DNA from: Octopus bimaculoides
Taxonomy: Eukaryota
DNA: 64,000 nt
Assembly (NCBI RefSeq): GCF_001194135.2
Contig: NC_068981.1
Span: 11,795,751 to 11,859,750, forward strand
Direction: 5' to 3'
Part shown: piece after piece, positions 61,750 through 64,000 of the stretch
How the letters are laid out: each line of letters opens with the position of its first letter
Numbering within the stretch: the first letter of the stretch is position 1
Notes under the pieces: generated by a model
The model's input: only the letters and a program-made list of their open reading frames with translations
Databases searched by the model: none
Told to the model about the DNA's origin: nothing
Position numbers and translations under genes: made by a program

Positions 61750-61990
61750 GTTTCGTTAAGAAAACAAGTGTTGCCCGTCAAACCAAAATTTGATAAATTC
61801 TTTAATAAGTGGTAGAAGAGTTTCAGAAGACTGGTCAAGTACAAAGACTAAAAACCTATTTTTATCCTCTCTATCCCATCCTTCGTTGTATTTGCGCTTG
61901 CACGTCATCGATTCATCTATTTCTAGGATGTGCCCAAGTCCACCAATTTGGTATGAGTTACGCAAAAGATCGACTAGTCACGACTCGGTA
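61750..61990 (-). mobile_element. Merlin / ISXO2 (IS1595-like) transposase fragment
   Basis: ORF 61756..61965: QIGGLGHILEIDESMTCKRKYNEG..WDREDKNRFLVFVLDQSSETLLPLIKEFI matches IGG.G..VEIDES...KRKY..G...V.DRS..TLLPLIK..I. Confidence 0.85.
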
Positions 61991-62778
61991 GCGCAGATGC
62001 GCGAGTGCACGAATGCGCGCACCGGGAGCACTCTTCTTGAATAGTACCCTTATACCTTGATGAAGGGAGCTAATATCCCCATTCAGCCTTAATTTGTACG
62101 TTGGTAACCAGCTGGAAAAGATAATTCCCTGGGATAATTTTACTCTGTAGTACCGTTACTACTACTCGCTCAGGCATTTAAAAGTAATTGTTTTCCTCTT
62201 TATCTATATACATATTTTTTCTCCGTGTTTTTCTCCTTTTTTTCTTTCTCCGTGTTTTTCTCCTTTTTTCTTTCTCCGTGTTTTTTTTTTNNNNNNNNNN
62301 NNNNNNNNNNNNNNNNNNNNNNNNNNNNNNNNNNNNNNNNNNNNNNNNNNNNNNNNNNNNNNNNNNNNNNNNNNNNNNNNNNNNNNNNNNNNNNNNNNNN
62401 NNNNNNNNNNNNNNNNNNNNNNNNNNNNNNNNNNNNNNNNNNNNNNNNNNNNNNNNNNNNNNNNNNNNNNNNNNNNNNNNNNNNNNNNNNNNNNNNNNNN
62501 NNNNNNNNNNNNNNNNNNNNNNNNNNNNNNNNNNNNNNNNNNNNNNNNNNNNNNNNNNNNNNNNNNNNNNNNNNNNNNNNNNNNNNNNNNNNNNNNNNNN
62601 NNNNNNNNNNNNNNNNNNNNNNNNNNNNNNNNNNNNNNNNNNNNNNNNNNNNNNNNNNNNNNNNNNNNNNNNNNNNNNNNNNNNNNNNNNNNNNNNNNNN
62701 NNNNNNNNNNNNNNNNNNNNNNNNNNNNNNNNNNNNNNNNNNNNNNNNNNNNNNNNNNNNNNNNNNTATATATATATT

Positions 62779-63010
62779 CTTTTACTTGTTTCAGTCATTT
62801 GACTGCGGCCATGCTGGAGCACCGCCTTTAGTCGAGCAAATTGACCCCAGGACTTATTCTTTGTAAGCCTAGTACGTATTCTATCGGTCTCTTTTTGCCG
62901 AACCGCTAAGTGACGGGGACATAAACACACCAGCATTGTTTGTCAGCAATGCTAGGGGGACAAACAGAGACACAAACACACACACACATATATATACATA
63001 TATACGACGG
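62779..63010 (-). mobile_element. SINE family A 3' half
   Basis: TTTTACTTGTTTCAGTCATTTGACTGCGGCCATGCTGGAGCACCGCC..., truncated just past the internal microsatellite. Confidence 0.9.
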
Positions 63011-64000
63011 TCTATATATATATAATGGAGAAATTATACAAAATGCATAAATAGATGATGAGTAAAGCACCAGCACAGTTTCGATTACCTGTTGTTATCT
63101 GTAGATGTATTGCAGTAACTTCGTAGTGGCGGTTTGGGTAAGAGTATAAAAAAGAAAAAAAATGGAATGTTTAATAGATTTTATTTAGTACAACACATGT
63201 TTCGCCCCGTTCTGGGTCTCTTCGGGTACATCAACAAAAAAGTCCTTTTAGAGATTTCCTGAGTCGGCTTACGTACCGCTATAAGTTCATAAAATTTGAG
63301 AATGAGTAAAAACAGAGAAAAATTAATGAAACGCAAAAAATTTTAAAACATGAATGTGAAAATTATAAATTCTAGTTTAGAGAAAATGACGTAATGAACT
63401 TCCGTTGTTGCAAGTGTTAAGAGAAAGAAAAGGAAGTAGAAGTTGAAATGAAAATAATACTTAGAAGAAAAATTTATGTGATTGTGCTTAGACGCACATA
63501 TACATACACAGACAGAGACACACAAACACACACACATACATACATATACATAAGCCATGTATATATATATGCATATATTTTTACAGGATATAAAAAAAAA
63601 CGCGAACAAAATGAGAAACGAGAACATAAAAAAAAAGCAAAAGCATGGAAAACGAAATTTTTTTTCGAACCACGACAGAAACAAATAGAGAAACGATGCA
63701 GACAACATAAATAACATTCCATTCGTCAGTTGTCCCCTGTTTTACCTACTCCGAGTTTCGAAGGTAGGGAAAAGACGCGACTTCAATAAAACAGTCATTC
63801 CCGCAAAGCAAATTAAATAAAATTTGGGATTTTTTGCGGAGGGTTAAAGAGGTAACAAAAACAGGACGGTAAGAACAAAGCTGCAACATTATCGAAATTG
63901 TATTTATTCCCTGACGATGTACCATATAAGATCTACATCAATTTACATGTGTCACAAAATTTTCTATAACATTTCTATATTTAACTCTTCATTATTTCCT

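Overview
AT-rich, microsatellite-dense animal genomic DNA from a short-read scaffold, with more than 20 N-gaps, most of them at TA/CA/TATG repeats. The repeat families look like Octopus (cephalopod) repeats; this is recognition from memory, not a database hit. Almost all supplied ORFs are microsatellite or gap artefacts. Supported content: (1) about 25 copies or fragments of four tRNA-derived SINE families, several with 12-14 bp TSDs, including head-to-tail SINE multimers joined at one recurring site; (2) decayed autonomous elements: R4/Dong-like restriction-endonuclease LINEs (stacked in TAA repeats), a CR1/L2-type LINE 3' end, a Penelope-like element (RT thumb + GIY-YIG), mariner, Helitron and Merlin remnants; (3) hammerhead ribozyme motifs: an intact minimal hammerhead behind the Penelope ORF, two back-to-back hammerheads in a ~240 bp palindrome, and several decayed ones; (4) many palindromic or MITE-like structures, one with inverted telomere-like repeats; (5) a hand-assembled candidate + strand spliced gene (five phase-compatible small exons, ~115 aa, winged-helix-like) and a decayed short-intron gene on the - strand. 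Best novel-system candidate: an outward-facing palindromic element family carrying tRNA-like Pol III heads and hammerhead-bearing arms.
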